Below the pieces are notes generated by a model. That model was not told the DNA's origin. It was given only the letters and a program-made list of their open reading frames with translations, and did no database searches. The position numbers and the translations under genes were made by a program. From positions 124,001 to 188,000 of the forward strand of contig NIVC01001816.1 in the NCBI GenBank assembly GCA_002269645.1: a DNA stretch of 64,000 nucleotides. Direction: 5' to 3'. Shown here piece by piece: positions 19,501-31,904 of this stretch; position 1 is the first letter of the stretch, and each line of letters opens with the position of its first letter. This stretch comes from Macrostomum lignano. Lineage: Eukaryota.

Positions 19501-20201
19501 TTCACTCTGACAGCCAAGCAGCCCTTCGGGCCCTCTGCCGCAGCACCGCCAGCTCCAGATCCGTCCTGGACGGCAACACCCAGCTCAACGGGCTTGCGCT
19601 AGGCAACCAGGTGGAGCTCAGATGGATCCCGGGCCACGCCGGCTTCCTCGGCAACGAGCGCGCTGACCTGCTGGCCAAGGCTGGCTCCGCCGGCGCGCTT
19701 TTGGGGCCGGGCCCGGGTGCCCCCATCCCCGCCTCGGTGATCAATTCCCGCGTTAAGCGCTGGGCTGACTCCGAGCATCTCCGCAGGTGGCACGACACCC
19801 GGAATTGTAGGCAATCCCGTGCTGCCGTCCCCTGTCCCTCTCCTCTCCTGCGTAGAGCCCTCCTCAGGCTCAACCGCAGAGACCTCAGAGCAGTTAGCAT
19901 GGCCCTCTCCGGGCATGGCTGCTTCTCTCGCCACCGCTTCCTTCAGGGCCAAGTACCCGAGGAGCGGTGCCCCTTCTGCCGCTCAGGCAGTGAAAACGCC
20001 GAGCATTTTATCTGCCACTGCCCGGTTTTCACCAGGGCCAGGCTTACTCACCTCGGGCCAAACCCGGTTCTCTCCGACGTTTGCAGGCCCGAGAGCATCC
20101 CGCTGCTCGCCCGGTACCTCAGGGACACCGGACGAGCTGATTTCTTCCCCACCGTCGGTGAGGAGGACCGCGCTGCAGGCGAGACCGACGGGTCCCCCTG
20201 A
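16498..20201 (+). CDS. Non-LTR element ORF2: AP endonuclease, reverse transcriptase, RNase H, C-terminal zinc knuckle; one frameshift near 17718-17769
   Basis: APE motifs VQEP, GDVNAHH, IDTTI, SDH. RT motifs KAPGPDG, FRPISL, QHAF, LDIEGAFD, PQGGVLTP, YADD, CLGLTLD. RNase H motifs YTDGS, SEVLAI, SDSQAAL, WIPGH..GNERAD. Knuckle CPFC...H..CHC. Split between ORFs 16498-17769 and 17751-20201. Confidence 0.95.
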
Positions 20202-20332
20202 GCGACACCACTTCAACGGAAGTCGTTGGTCGCCAGGGGCTAGCGGAATGGGCGGTCTCCTCCGCCTCCTCGCTGCATCCGCCGGACGCCCCCTGCAGCT
20301 AAGTCAAGCTAAGTCAAGTCTCGCTCGCTGAG

Positions 20333-20534
20333 CCGCACAAGAAGCAGTCCTCCGCGATTTCCTGGCCGATGCTGGGGCGGTATGCAGCCAGGTCCAGGGA
20401 AGTGACCGGTCCGGAACCGTCTGCTTCCGGACTGCCTCCTGACAGCAGCACTGCCTCCACACCTCCTCGTGGTGTGGTGTGGTTTCGACTAAGGGAGGCA
20501 TACCAGAGTCTAATGCTGACATTGTGAGTATGTA
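20333..20534 (-). mobile_element. 5' part of the truncated host LINE interrupted by the LOA-like element
   Basis: Minus strand reads RRFRTGH/(1-nt frameshift)SLDLAAYRPSIGQEIAEDCFLCGSASET, which joins across the 15-bp TSD to LEHLVECP, forming a complete C-terminal CCHC motif. Confidence 0.75.
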
Positions 20535-22094
20535 AGTGCAGCAGTGAAGCGTGCAACTCTGGAGAAGAATCATACGTGTTGTCAACGCCCAATAGAGAAC
20601 TTTGTTTAAATTTAATTGCATAGATTTATCTGGCGTTGCTCAACTGCATGTAAATTTCCGCAAGGTTAGGCTAAACATGGCTCTACAGCCACGCCCAAGC
20701 AGGCAGTTAAAGCATTGAAGGCATTCGGCTGTCTTTAGGAAATTTAATCGCTGATTTAAACAGATACTGCTGATGACATCAGCTCAACCTCCTGCTGCTA
20801 ATGAAGCTGACTGTTTTTTTACTTCATTAGTTTTCCCTGTTCGTACTGCCTGACCTGACTTTGATAATAGGGCCTGTCCCGTGTGGTGTCCCTTAGACGC
20901 TATGTCTCTTGTGCTGATGATATACCCTAAAAGAACGTTTTTTCGGAGCTTGTTTTGTGCATTCGAGTGCAACAGCAGAATAGGTTCTGCTCTGATTTCT
21001 ACACATTAATTGCTAGATTTTATTTTATATAATCCATAATGCAAATGCTATAGGATTACAGACCAGCTGCCAAAGTCTTCCGATCGAACTATAAATTGAC
21101 TCGATTCCGAAATGCAGTCTAAATTCTGTGCCTTCGAGTTTAGAGAACTGTCTCAAAGCTCGGGGGCCACTTTTGAGATAGAAAATGTTTGGTTAAGCAA
21201 GTTGGTAGCTTTAACTTCATCTTATATTCAGTTCTCAGTCATTGTTTAGTTATAATTTTTGGAGTGCTACCATACACTTTCTAATTATGGTTCTCTAGAA
21301 GTTCTTTTGAGGTAATTTTTACCGTCAGTGACTTATAATTCAATGATTATTGATAATTTTTTCAACCTGCTATCAGATTCAGACAGTAGGATTCTACATG
21401 GACTAAGAGAAAAACATGGCAAGCCTGCTTTCGCAAAGCGTCCACAAAACCGTGGAGGTCAGAGAAGATGTATCCCTGACACTGACTTAGTGGATGGATA
21501 AGGCTTTACATATCCTTCGATCTTAAAACTAGAATTTCGGGACAGTAAACGCTTGACCGATATTTGGCCTTCCGATGATGGTAAAATGCGCAGCATCTTG
21601 CACGTTATTTGGGGGGGGGTAGTAGAAAGTGAAGTTAACTTCTGTTCGACTATAGTTGGTACTTTTATAGTGCTTCCCGTGATGAATTTCAGCAAGAAAT
21701 CTCTGACAAAGTTTCAAATTAAAAAATCTTACTGCTGAGGATCAAGTATTTTACCTACTGACTCGAGAAGATTGAGACACAATGGAAGTTCTAGCAATAT
21801 TCTTCAAAGATATGATAAAATCCAGAATGCAACTTCCCTTAGATTTCAACTTCTCAATCATTATGTAGAAAAATTATTTCTGTCTCGTGGTGCACTTAAT
21901 AGTCAAAATATTTCAAATGATATTATGAAATATGCAATCAACACCCTCGAAGTGCAAATTTAATAAACATAATATAAGCTGCTTCCAGTAAACTGAAAAT
22001 GTTGATGTTAAAGCACGTTCTAACTACGCAGTGCAAAGTTATTATCTAATGTTGGATTTGTCGTCCAAACGTAGCCTAATATTTGAAATTTTAA

Positions 22095-25000
22095 TCAATA
22101 GAAGAAGCAATCCAGCGGCTGCCTCTTAGCCAGCTTAGTCCAGACAAGCTCTACCAATAGAATCAGCAGTCCCAGGCCGTAGAAGCAGAGAGTCGCTATG
22201 AAGCACCCACCAGCGCTCTCCAGGCTTATAGCGTCGGTTTCGGCAGAGCTGCCAACAGAGCAGACTGAGTCGCTGGACCAGTAGAGCTGGAACCAGCGCT
22301 GCAGTTGGCCAGTTTCGTGCAGTTTCTGCATGCTGCAAATAGAGTTAAACAGAATTCGGAACATGTTCTTCATTTGGTACTACTGAACAGTAGGATCACC
22401 TAAGCAGAGTCCTAGGTTCACCTAGCGAATGTCAATGTTTTCCTCGTTACATCTGAGTGGATTTTTTGTCCTAAAATATTTGTGCCTTTCTCTGCGCGTA
22501 ATCAATTTCTAATAAGGAATCGAAACAGCAAGGAGTAAAAAGTGAGTTTATGCTCCCGACTCTCTACTTTTTAAGGAAGATTGAAACTCACTGGAAGTTG
22601 AACAGTTCCGCATAAAACGCGTCATCCGGTAGCATCAAAGCAATTGGCGCAGTTAAAAACAATTCTTCGGCCATGTAAAATTGAGTACAATTCTTTCTGG
22701 CTATGTTTAGCAGGTAAGTGTAGTCCGTGAGGCAGGCCTGGTTAGGATTTGGCGGCTAAAAATGGGTTCGAAAATTACCAGATTAGTATGACAAACTGCT
22801 TCGTAGGTTATTTACGATGGCTGAGTAATTGACGACAGTAAGCTGAAATTCAAGTCAATTTGAGCTCATGAAAGTGAGATCTCGTTAATACTTTACCGTG
22901 CCCCCTGTTCCTGCTACACCGATACAAGCGTCAAACAATGCAATACAATGATCGAGTCGCTCACATCTGTCGGACAGTCATCGTAAGGCCCCAATTCAAC
23001 CATACTCTCGGTGATTTTCTTGTAGACACCAGATTCCGCGTTCAAAAGCAGAGTGTGCAGACTTGTACCAGCAATTACGTAGGGTCTGATTTCTGTTTGT
23101 CCTGTCAAATCGTCCAGGGTCTTGATGGGATAGTGCGTCACAGTCACCGTCAGGTGGGCCGTCAGGTCGCCTGAAATGACGCGAAGAAGATTCATTGCGG
23201 TTCGTTTTTCGTTTTCTTTTAGTACATTTTGTTCTGATTGAAAACAGAATTGAAGTATTGGTAGACGATCATTTTTTATTTTGCACTTTTGTCTAGTAGA
23301 GAATTTTCAATGAGGCTGCTCTCCAACGGAAACATTTTTTTCTTTTTCCTTTTAAAGCTGTCGCAGATCAAATGGACGCTGGTGTCACTTCAAATTTCCG
23401 TGTCAGTCGTACTTGGTACATCGTTGTTGTAGGGGCGTCCACCAAGAGACAGGGGCGCCTACCAAAACACCAAATATTGGCCCCTTTGTGTTACGCTCCC
23501 CCTACAATTAAAACTCTGCACACGCCATCGCTTTGAGCACAAAAGTGCCTATTGGTGAGTTTGTGGTTCAAACTAGCTCTGTAAAGCTATAGCTAACGAT
23601 TTGCGTTTGACTACTGCAAAGTCGTTTTGTAATAACTGATCAAGCCGTCTCACCGTTGAATGCGCCACAAATAATCACGGAAAGCAGCCACCAGAACGCC
23701 ATGGCTGTTCTAGACGACATTGCAAACGGATAGAAGTCTTGGCCCTGTTGCAGAAAGCTGCCTATCGCACTCCACAGGTACTCTTGAAGCCAGACCTCAT
23801 CAGCTATGGCAAACTCAAGATTCAAGTTGTAGGCTGTAAACGGTGAAAAATAGGCCAGGACCCAAGTGGCAAAGGTGGTGACAAACAGAGCTGCAACAAT
23901 TGAAAGCCAGACGCTCATAGTGAAAGGTGAGAACACTCTCCATAGTTTAGACTCTGGAGCCGGCCTCGGCAATAAAATAGCGTTCGATTCTTCAAACAGA
24001 GGAACGGAGAAGTCAATGACCTCGTCACGCGCTGCGGTGATGGTAAACGGACCGGCAGCAACTGCAACTTCCTGTAAATCGTTCCAATTGAAGTGCGCTG
24101 TGCATTATCTTTTATTTAGTCTATGGCGGAAGGCTTTAGACAACTGCAATCAAGGCGACAATGTCCGTCAGGCAGCCATGCAGTCAAGCCCATTTGCTGA
24201 CACCTGAGCACACACGTGCACACAGATACGACATACTCTGCTCCTCAGGGTATTACCCCCATGTGCTGGGCAAGAATCGCCCCAAGCACCAGGCCAGTTT
24301 TCTTTTGGAAGAGCCTTAAATTAATGTGGTCGAGCAAGGAATCAAACCTGGGCACTCTGTCACAAGAGTCAGGGGCGTTGCATACTCTTGGTCATTGGGG
24401 GGAAAGTACTATTGCATTCGTAAACAGTGGCAAAACTACTGTTAATAGCGATATGCGCTCAAGACGACACACAAATCTTGTAAGCGTCCTACGTTGTATA
24501 TGAGATCTGGCCTCTGTGAAGAAATTACGAAGCTACTGCAGACGTTTGTAGCAATAAAAAATCATGTGAAATTTATCGATTAAGGTCATAAAACACTTCG
24601 GTCACCTACTCACCCCTCTCTGCAACTCGCCAACGCATCCGTTAAAGTAGGTTGAGTTGACTTCAGGCGAGCCCCAGTTTCCGTCTGTCGAATCTTTCGT
24701 TAAAAATCTTCAACGTTTCGTCATAATAAAACTAGTACATATACTTATAAAAACAAGAAAAATACGAATGTAAGAATTATATCACCATACCGAAAGTCTA
24801 ACTGCGTTGAGAAGTATTCAAGGATGCTCAAAGTCATTCCGCTGATTATTACTGTCTTGTTAGGAAACTTCTCGACAAATACAGTCATTGGAGCGCTCTG
24901 TATGTTATTGTAGGTTATTGGTGAAAACGTTAGTACGATTTTACGTTCCTAAAAAATTATTCACAAAGTAAAGGCACAAACCTCGGGAGAGCAGACAATG

Positions 25001-26846
25001 ATGGTCTGGTTCTTGAAACCCATGAAGGTGTTCGGAAATGCCAAGCTGACTCCCTTGTAGCGGAACAGCTTGCTCAGAGCTCCGCTCGATGCATCGAACT
25101 GAGCCGACCTCAGCATCGAGACCGGAGACGACCACAGCTCATTGTAGGACGCGACCACTTCGACTCGTTGCGAGCTGAAGTGTCTGGTCGAGCTGTTGAA
25201 CGAGATCAGGCCTCGCTGAGTGTCAAAGTCGCTGATCTGCACATTGAGTAGGGATTGGGGAGAGACCAGCTCGAAACTAATAATGCTTGTCAATGCTTGC
25301 TAGCTAGTGAGCTCACTCACACTCATGAGTCTGTTGAGCACAGCCGAGCCCGATGTCCAGTGGCGCAGTGGCGCACACGAGGCGTTGCCGGGAGAGAATC
25401 CCGGATCCAGCAGCGAGTCGTTGAGCGCCTTGGCCATGGCTTCTACGGCGTCTACGAAGCGAGCGTCCAGAGTCTGTCGAATGCGAATGCGACGATCGAG
25501 TGCGAGATCGAGTGCGACAGTGGCATGCGTTGCACACGTGCGGTGCTGCATGATGAATCCCTGCAGCCATCAAGCAGCACACATGAAACGCTCACCCGAA
25601 GCCAGTCCGTCTGGCACTGAGGAAACACATCCATCACTGCTGCTGTGCACTCGGTGAACACGCTGCTTCTCAGCAGAGCGACGTTCGCGTTCGCCGGCGT
25701 CACGCTGAGCACATCGGCCTTGGACAGTCCGGTGTCGAGCACAAGCCAGAAGTAGTTCTGCTGCATCACTGCAGCTTACCTGGCGAGCCTGAGCACACTG
25801 AGAGCATTGCGAGGAGAGGCGAGCAGCAGCAGCTTGAACACTTTCTTCTTGACCAGCCGCTTGAGGTGGTGCACCAGGTCAGGAGTAACAGAAGCGTTGA
25901 CAGTGTCGTCCACTCGGAATGTGAGACTGCTCACACCGGCAGAGGAGAGACTGGACTGCAGGTTCTGCAGCACTGTTGTGCCTGCAGTGACCAAATGCAG
26001 ACTTGAATCATCGTGGGAGTACAATCACGTGCACAAGTGTGTATTTAGATAAAAATGATGTCTGATTATACAACGAAAATGCGAACGTCGTATTTTACTT
26101 TATTCACAGCACTCACTTTGCAGACCATCGTAGAAAACTGCCACACTGCTAATTATGGAATCCGAGGTAACAATGGAGGCAGCTGCAGCGACGATGTTTT
26201 CTGAGCTGTGGCTGCCCACGATTGTCATGTCTGCAATTCCGCGTGATTTTTACTTCAAAACCAGACATCTAGAGAAATGGTAAAAAGATACCAGACATCC
26301 ATCTCTGTTACCTTTGCTCAGCCGAGCAGAGTCGCACAGTCCAGTCGGCAGGGCGATCAGCGGCAGCTGCAGAGACTTGCTCAGTGAGCTCACTTCATCC
26401 AGCAGAGAGCAGCTGCCGACGCCAATCAGACCTGACAGGCCGCTCTCCGAGCACACTGCGGAGCGAGTCACACAGACACATGCACAGTTTCACAGCTCGC
26501 ACTCACACTTGCATTCGTGCAATTCATGCTTCAATTGTGTGCATTGATTGAGCAGGTTGAACAGAGCAGCGATTGAGTCGCGTAGCAAATGCTTCAACTC
26601 ACCAGTCCTGACAGCCTGGTGTGAGCTGCACGAGCTCACATTGACATGCACATATGAGAGTGTGTGGCCCTGCAGCACTCTCCAGTTGTAGTTGACCCGT
26701 CTGGCGAAGGCGACGTCGATGAGCGAGCTGTTCACGCTTCCGGCCTCCGTGATCACGCCGACTGTCAGGTCCAGGGCGGATGAGCAGCCGACTATTACTA
26801 ACCAGTAAACAAAGGCTACTTCTTTTACTGTCTTTGATGTTGTCAT
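22095..26846 (-). pseudogene. Ionotropic glutamate receptor-like paralog B; same 12-exon layout as A, one in-frame TAA at 25776-25778 (pseudogene, splice-rescued gene or assembly error)
   Basis: All exons recoverable with the same phases as A: MTTSK...SSALDLTVG, exon 3 DMTIVGSHSSENIV, SAPMTVFVEKFPNKT, DGNWG..GCVGELQRG, GPFTITAARDEVIDFS, WSAIGSFLQQGQD, GAFNGDLTAHLT, ACLTDYTYL, QKLHETG, M4. The only lesion I found is GCC AGG TAA where A has GCC AGT GAA. Confidence 0.8.
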
Positions 26847-29799
26847 CCTGACAAATAGTTTCAATGCAATAAGCTCAATGAGGTCTGCATCATTTGTAAG
26901 AAATGGCGGTGCGCGGATTCAAATCAGCCAAAGAAAGTTTGGTTTTTATAAATACATGCTCGTTCTAAGCCTGCATAAGCTTAAGTTAAATGGCACTCAT
27001 GGGCTGCGGTAATTCCTTTTGTGTTTCTGCTCAATAATGCCACCTATAAATAAGTCGTTCCTTCAGGCGCTCAGTAACAGTTGCCTAGAGCTAGAATCAG
27101 ATGAAAGACGACTGGTTTACCGTTTTATAGTTTCTCGTAGGGAGAGCTGGTAATTATCGCTCGATAAGCCCAACCAGGCGATATCTGTGGAATCTATGGA
27201 ACTTTTATGATTTGAAACAATATTTTTGCTTGAGGCCTTGCTTGCAGCTTGTCAGATTTCTTGGAATTCATCATAGGTCTGTGAATAAATGTTGACATTC
27301 ATATTCAATTTTCTCCGGAACACGGGTCGGTATCGCTCTGGCAATGTGAATATAAATTGAGTTCTCCGTTAACTAAGGCTCTACATTACTTCAGCACTTG
27401 GTCAATAAAATCGAGAACCAATGGCAACTTAGCCACTAGAGGCGGCACATTGAGTGCTCTTCAACCAGATTGATGAAATATTTCCTGCCTTCCTAGTTCG
27501 CCAGATCATAAAAAGCTTTACATATACCTTGCATGTTTTCTTATAAACCATTGTTGATACTCGTAGCGAGTGCCACAAGGGTGCCGCCAAGGACTACAAG
27601 TAGAAGGACGCAAGGCTCAGAATTGGAGAAAATTTGATTGAAGGCCGATTTTTGAATGTATCTCTACGCTACGAGCGTATTGATCGTAAGATGCTTATTT
27701 TGTCGCAGAATATGCAGTACCATATGCTGTTTCATTTAAGACATCAATAAAAGTTGAATAATTCGGAATTTAACAGTTTAAAATGCGTGTCAACAGTACA
27801 GTCATGTATCAGATGCTGAAAATTTTCAAATTAGATCTACAGAAGTAGGCCCAGAAGTAGTTCGCAGGGTAGTAAGTGCAACTCTATATCTAGCTATATA
27901 TAATAAAATCAAATAAGGATGTATTATAAAAAGATTAAAATGCTGCACCTGTTGTACACCAGTCGATAATACCTAGCTGTATCTTGCAACAATTATAAAG
28001 CATGTAACTACTTCTATTTCGGCTATGCAAGCCATTGCGAAAATCGGCCTCCAACGAATTTTCCACGAAATTTGAGTCTTGCGTCTTATATTGTTGTAGG
28101 GCTCTTGGCTTTCTGGTTATGAATCTCACTGCTGCAACCAAATTTGTTGTAGGGTTAACTTTTGCCTGTGGTTTAATCACAACGCTGCTACCAAAATCTG
28201 TTACAGGGGTCTTGGGGGAGGGAAGTTTTCCTATTGCTGACACCAATTGTTGTAGGGGTCGGGGAGTATTAACTTCGTTTATTAAATTATTGTAGGGAAT
28301 TTCGAGGGTCTCTTGGGATTTTAAAGAAAACACAATTTCTACTACTGATAGGAGTAAGCTCTAGGTTGCTCCTGGTGGCGTGAGTGTGTCCGAGCGGCAA
28401 GACACAGTTTCTATTCAGTCCGGTGGGATATGGATGGGGGAGGTAAGGGCTTCGCGGTGGATTAGAGTTGCCTGGCGCGCTAGTGGGGAATTCTAATGAT
28501 TAATAGGGAATGCTGGCGGGGAGGGCAGGTGGCTTCATTGGGAATTACGTAGCGGAATCAAGAGTCTAATATTAAGGGGGCAGTTAGTCTGGGCGGGCTT
28601 GGCAATCACTAAGTCTGGGGAAGCGCGGGAAGGGCTTCTTGGGACTATTGTACGTCCAAGAAAAAAAAAGGGGGGTGGTTTGCGTGGGCTTGGATCGCTC
28701 TGGAGAGCGCTCGAGGGAACAGGAGTGACTGTACGTTTCTGAGCAGCCTGGGGAAAGGGAAGGCTGAGCGCCTAAAAGAGGAACATTGAGTCAATCTATT
28801 TTTAGAACAAACTGTTCATACTCCAGACTTAGCACGGAGGCAGACAAGGGTGGTTTTCTCTTGCTGTATATTTGCGAGTATATATAGTATTTTCACTAAA
28901 TATGGCGGACAATTTTTAACAAATGCTACAAAAAGAATTATTTGGCAACAGATTTACAGTATAAAAATAACCATTTACTCACGTGTATTTACTTCTAATA
29001 AGGCTACGAGTAAGAGTGATAAAAATAGTTAATTTGCGTTAAAAACGTAAAACTAATGTATTGAGGCCACTAGACTATTAGTAAGGCATACAAGAAAATA
29101 AGCATACAAGTATTAATGAGTACATATAATAATGAGCCTGCCTCAATATATACGTTACTTTAGTCGTCCTTGGGTCCCGCAACACCGAGAGAGGCATGTG
29201 GCTCACAGATATAAAAGTTTTTCCTAATCCCACCCTTTATCCAAAAGCTTAAATTATGACCAAAAGCAAACTATTCGTATTTTGCTTCAGGACGCCATAC
29301 TGTCGCAGTTGTGTCAATCAGTGCAGTGGAAAACTTTTCAGTGTCATTAACTAGCAATCAGCACCCCCCGTTACGAATTCGAATTCAAAATATATTGTCC
29401 GACCGTATGTCCAGAGAAAAGAACCAGTGCCCATGGGCCCTGAGTTGGGCCTTACGGAGTGTGAGTACCAAAAATACAGACACTTTACATGTCAAATATT
29501 AAAAGCAGCGTCGTATATCATGCAGACTTCATTATTTGGGCGAAATTCAGATCAGGTTATGAGATTCAAATAAGAAATCTACGTGTAGCAGCTACATGTA
29601 CTTTAGTTGTGAGTTTGCGCTTTCGGCATCGGGTTGAGGCGAAATGCAAACATTTATCTTGGAAACCTGCAAACTCTGATATTTACTCGTATGTTCCCGT
29701 TTTCTGACCCTGTCGACGTCTCCATTATACGTCGTTACATGGATTCGTTGCCTAAAGGTGAAGGCAGGGACCCTGCGAACTACTGTGGTGGCTCACGAG

Positions 29800-30400
29800 G
29801 GGATCGAATTGCTGAGATTTCAGAGGTGCAATAGCAGGTTTGTTAGCAATCCAGTCGGTAGGGAAGCTATAGGTTCCTTACTGAGGATCTTGTTGAATAG
29901 TTGGCATAGTGCTTCTGAGAAGTCTTCTCCAAATGGAGAAGTGTTCGATCGACATCTACGGCTCGTAGCTACATGATGCACATGTATTTTGTCTTAATTT
30001 GCCAGGTGCTTTGCTAGTTTTAAATTTTCTATGCGTTTCATTATTTCTTCTGATGTGAAAGGAGAGTTGAAAGCATACAATATGCAATATTGAGAAATGT
30101 AGCGTTGTCAAGATGGAAGCTGTTGTTGGTAGTTTTGATGTCTTTTTTGCTTCGTTTAGTTGGTACATGTATGTATGTAAGTTCTGGAAGTGTAATTTTA
30201 AGTTTTCTTCAATTTGTATGCTAGAGTTTGCTTGACTAATATGTAGTAGGCTTTATGAGATTCCATAGCTCCTTTGCTTTAAGAAAAGCTTGGTTTATTA
30301 GGTTTTCCTTGCCTAGTACCACAGCTTCGTATTTCCGCTGTATGATGCTTTTCTCGTAAGATTTCCTATATTAGGACCCTCTTTTGATTAGGTTGCTGTC
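29800..30400 (-). mobile_element. Decayed LINE ORF2 remnant (linker and RT N-terminus)
   Basis: Across frameshifts and stops the minus strand reads KSYEKSIIQRK...KELWNLIK, NSPFTSEEIMKRIENLK/TSKAPG, and EALCQLFNKIL, matching the FTxxE...KxxKAPG and LxxLFN RT motifs. Confidence 0.55.
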
Positions 30401-31404
30401 GATCGGAATTGTGTTAAAATGTAAAGTTTAAACAGCTTCGATCCTCTGGAGGCATGCTTGAATGCATTTTAAAGCAATTAATTCTTAGGTAGGAGGCGTG
30501 TAACTGAAGCGAATTTTCTTTTAGTAAAAGTTTTCGCAGTAGCTCAGTGCTTATATTATTCGTTGCAATTTTCAATATCTTCAGGTTCAGTCAGTTTTTT
30601 GGTGTTTTACACAATAGCCTTTGTTTTAGGCTTTTTTGGCTTTAGTTTGTGTATCGTTTTCAGGAATTAGGAAAATTTATTTGATTTAGAAGTGGGCAAG
30701 GTGCTATACGTGCCTAAGCAGTACCGGGCAACGTAATAATTTTTTTTACATTTACTGTAAAAACGTACAAATATATATTTGAAAGATTAAAAACAGGGGG
30801 TAGAGCGAAAATATTCACACTTTACTTTAACTTTTTTCTTTGAATTTTTAGTTGTTTTATTTTAAAATAGAAATAAACTAAACAATGTAATAAACCGGAC
30901 AATTCGATGCCAAACATTCAGTCTCATAAACTTCGCAGGTATCACGTCACTTCGAAGTCTGGTTGTATTGTATGCTGAAGTGTTACTGTCTTTGGTTTAA
31001 TTTAATTTGATGCTTTTAAAAGTGGCATAAACTTAGATAAAAATATGTAAATAGTATGTAACTCGTTTGTTATACAACTTTTTTTAAGTTTCTAGTCAAA
31101 CTGTTTCGTTTTCTACGAAACTTGTGTTTTAAAAATCTTCCGTAAACAGCTGGACTACAGTACAACATATAGATAGAGACTAGCAATCTACGCCCCCCGT
31201 TGGGGAGCCAAAGAAATGCAATACACGTTTTTTAATAAGCTACATATTTCCTTGAAATCTTAAAAAATCTCCTGTCAAACCTTGTAAGCCTTGACATGTC
31301 AATAACTCCCCCCCACAAGCTTTAACATATCAACTTCCCCCCTTGACATCTCAGCAATGCCCCCAATAAGCCTTGGAAATCTAAAAATATCTGTCAACCT
31401 TCTA

Positions 31405-31461
31405 ACCCTAACCCTAGCCTAACCCTAACCCTAGCCTAACCCTAACCCTAACCTAACCCTA
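31405..31461. repeat. Telomere-like (CCCTAA)n tract in Helitron unit A; longer paralogous tract at 33527-33600
   Basis: CTAACCCTAACCCTAGCCTAACCCTAACC... visible at homologous positions in A and B. Confidence 0.85.
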
Positions 31462-31904
31462 AAGCATTGAAATTTCAGTAATTCTCTCTGAGAGTCATTA
31501 TAGCACTACTACAGCATTATAGCGATTCCCTGCAAGCCTCGACATCGTAGGGATTCCCAAATGAATCTCTTAACTTCGACATGAAGCTTCTTTTATTTTT
31601 TACATTACGCTTTTTTATCAGCGCCCCCCCCCGTGGCGAGCCAACAAAGAATGCAATAAAAAATTGAGTAAAGTACATGAACTTTGAAATAGCCTCTGAC
31701 TATTGCTTTGACATCTCAGAAACCCCCCCCCCCGTAATCTAAGTTATTCTCTGAGAGCCTTGACATCTCAGTAATTCTCCCCAGCACAGCATTATAGCTT
31801 CATTTAATTTTTACATGACACCCTTCATGTCTGACATGACGCTTCTTTTATTCTACCATGATGCTTCTTAATATTTTAAATGACACTTTCATTACTTTTT
31901 AAAT

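Larger units (their letters stand above)
14506..20317 (+). mobile_element. Full-length non-LTR retrotransposon (ORF1 + APE-RT-RNaseH-CCHC), LOA/Lian-like
   Basis: Exact 15-bp TSD GTCTCGCTCGCTGAG at 14491-14505 and 20318-20332; two-ORF layout; 3' tail (CTAAGTCAAG)2. The clade call rests on the LQINxQH..AS start of ORF2, the RNase H domain and ORF1 type (inference). Confidence 0.92.

Noticed and set aside
14783-20331. Overlapping and antisense ORFs across the non-LTR element, and similar ones over the Gypsy fragment and PLCL exon
   Set aside because: Expected shadows of GC-rich coding sequence; no independent motifs.
21459-21695. ORF resembling a hAT transposase C-terminus (ILPSSE...VKRLLS)
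   Set aside because: Similarity is too weak and I found no TIRs or TSD.
27432-27447. CTCF-like motif GCCACTAGAGGCGGCA
   Set aside because: One base short of consensus spacing, a single occurrence, and no corroborating context.
27935-28790. 132-aa ORF and adjacent GC-rich, strand-skewed island
   Set aside because: No recognisable domain, splice pattern or termini; possibly a TE relic but unsupported.
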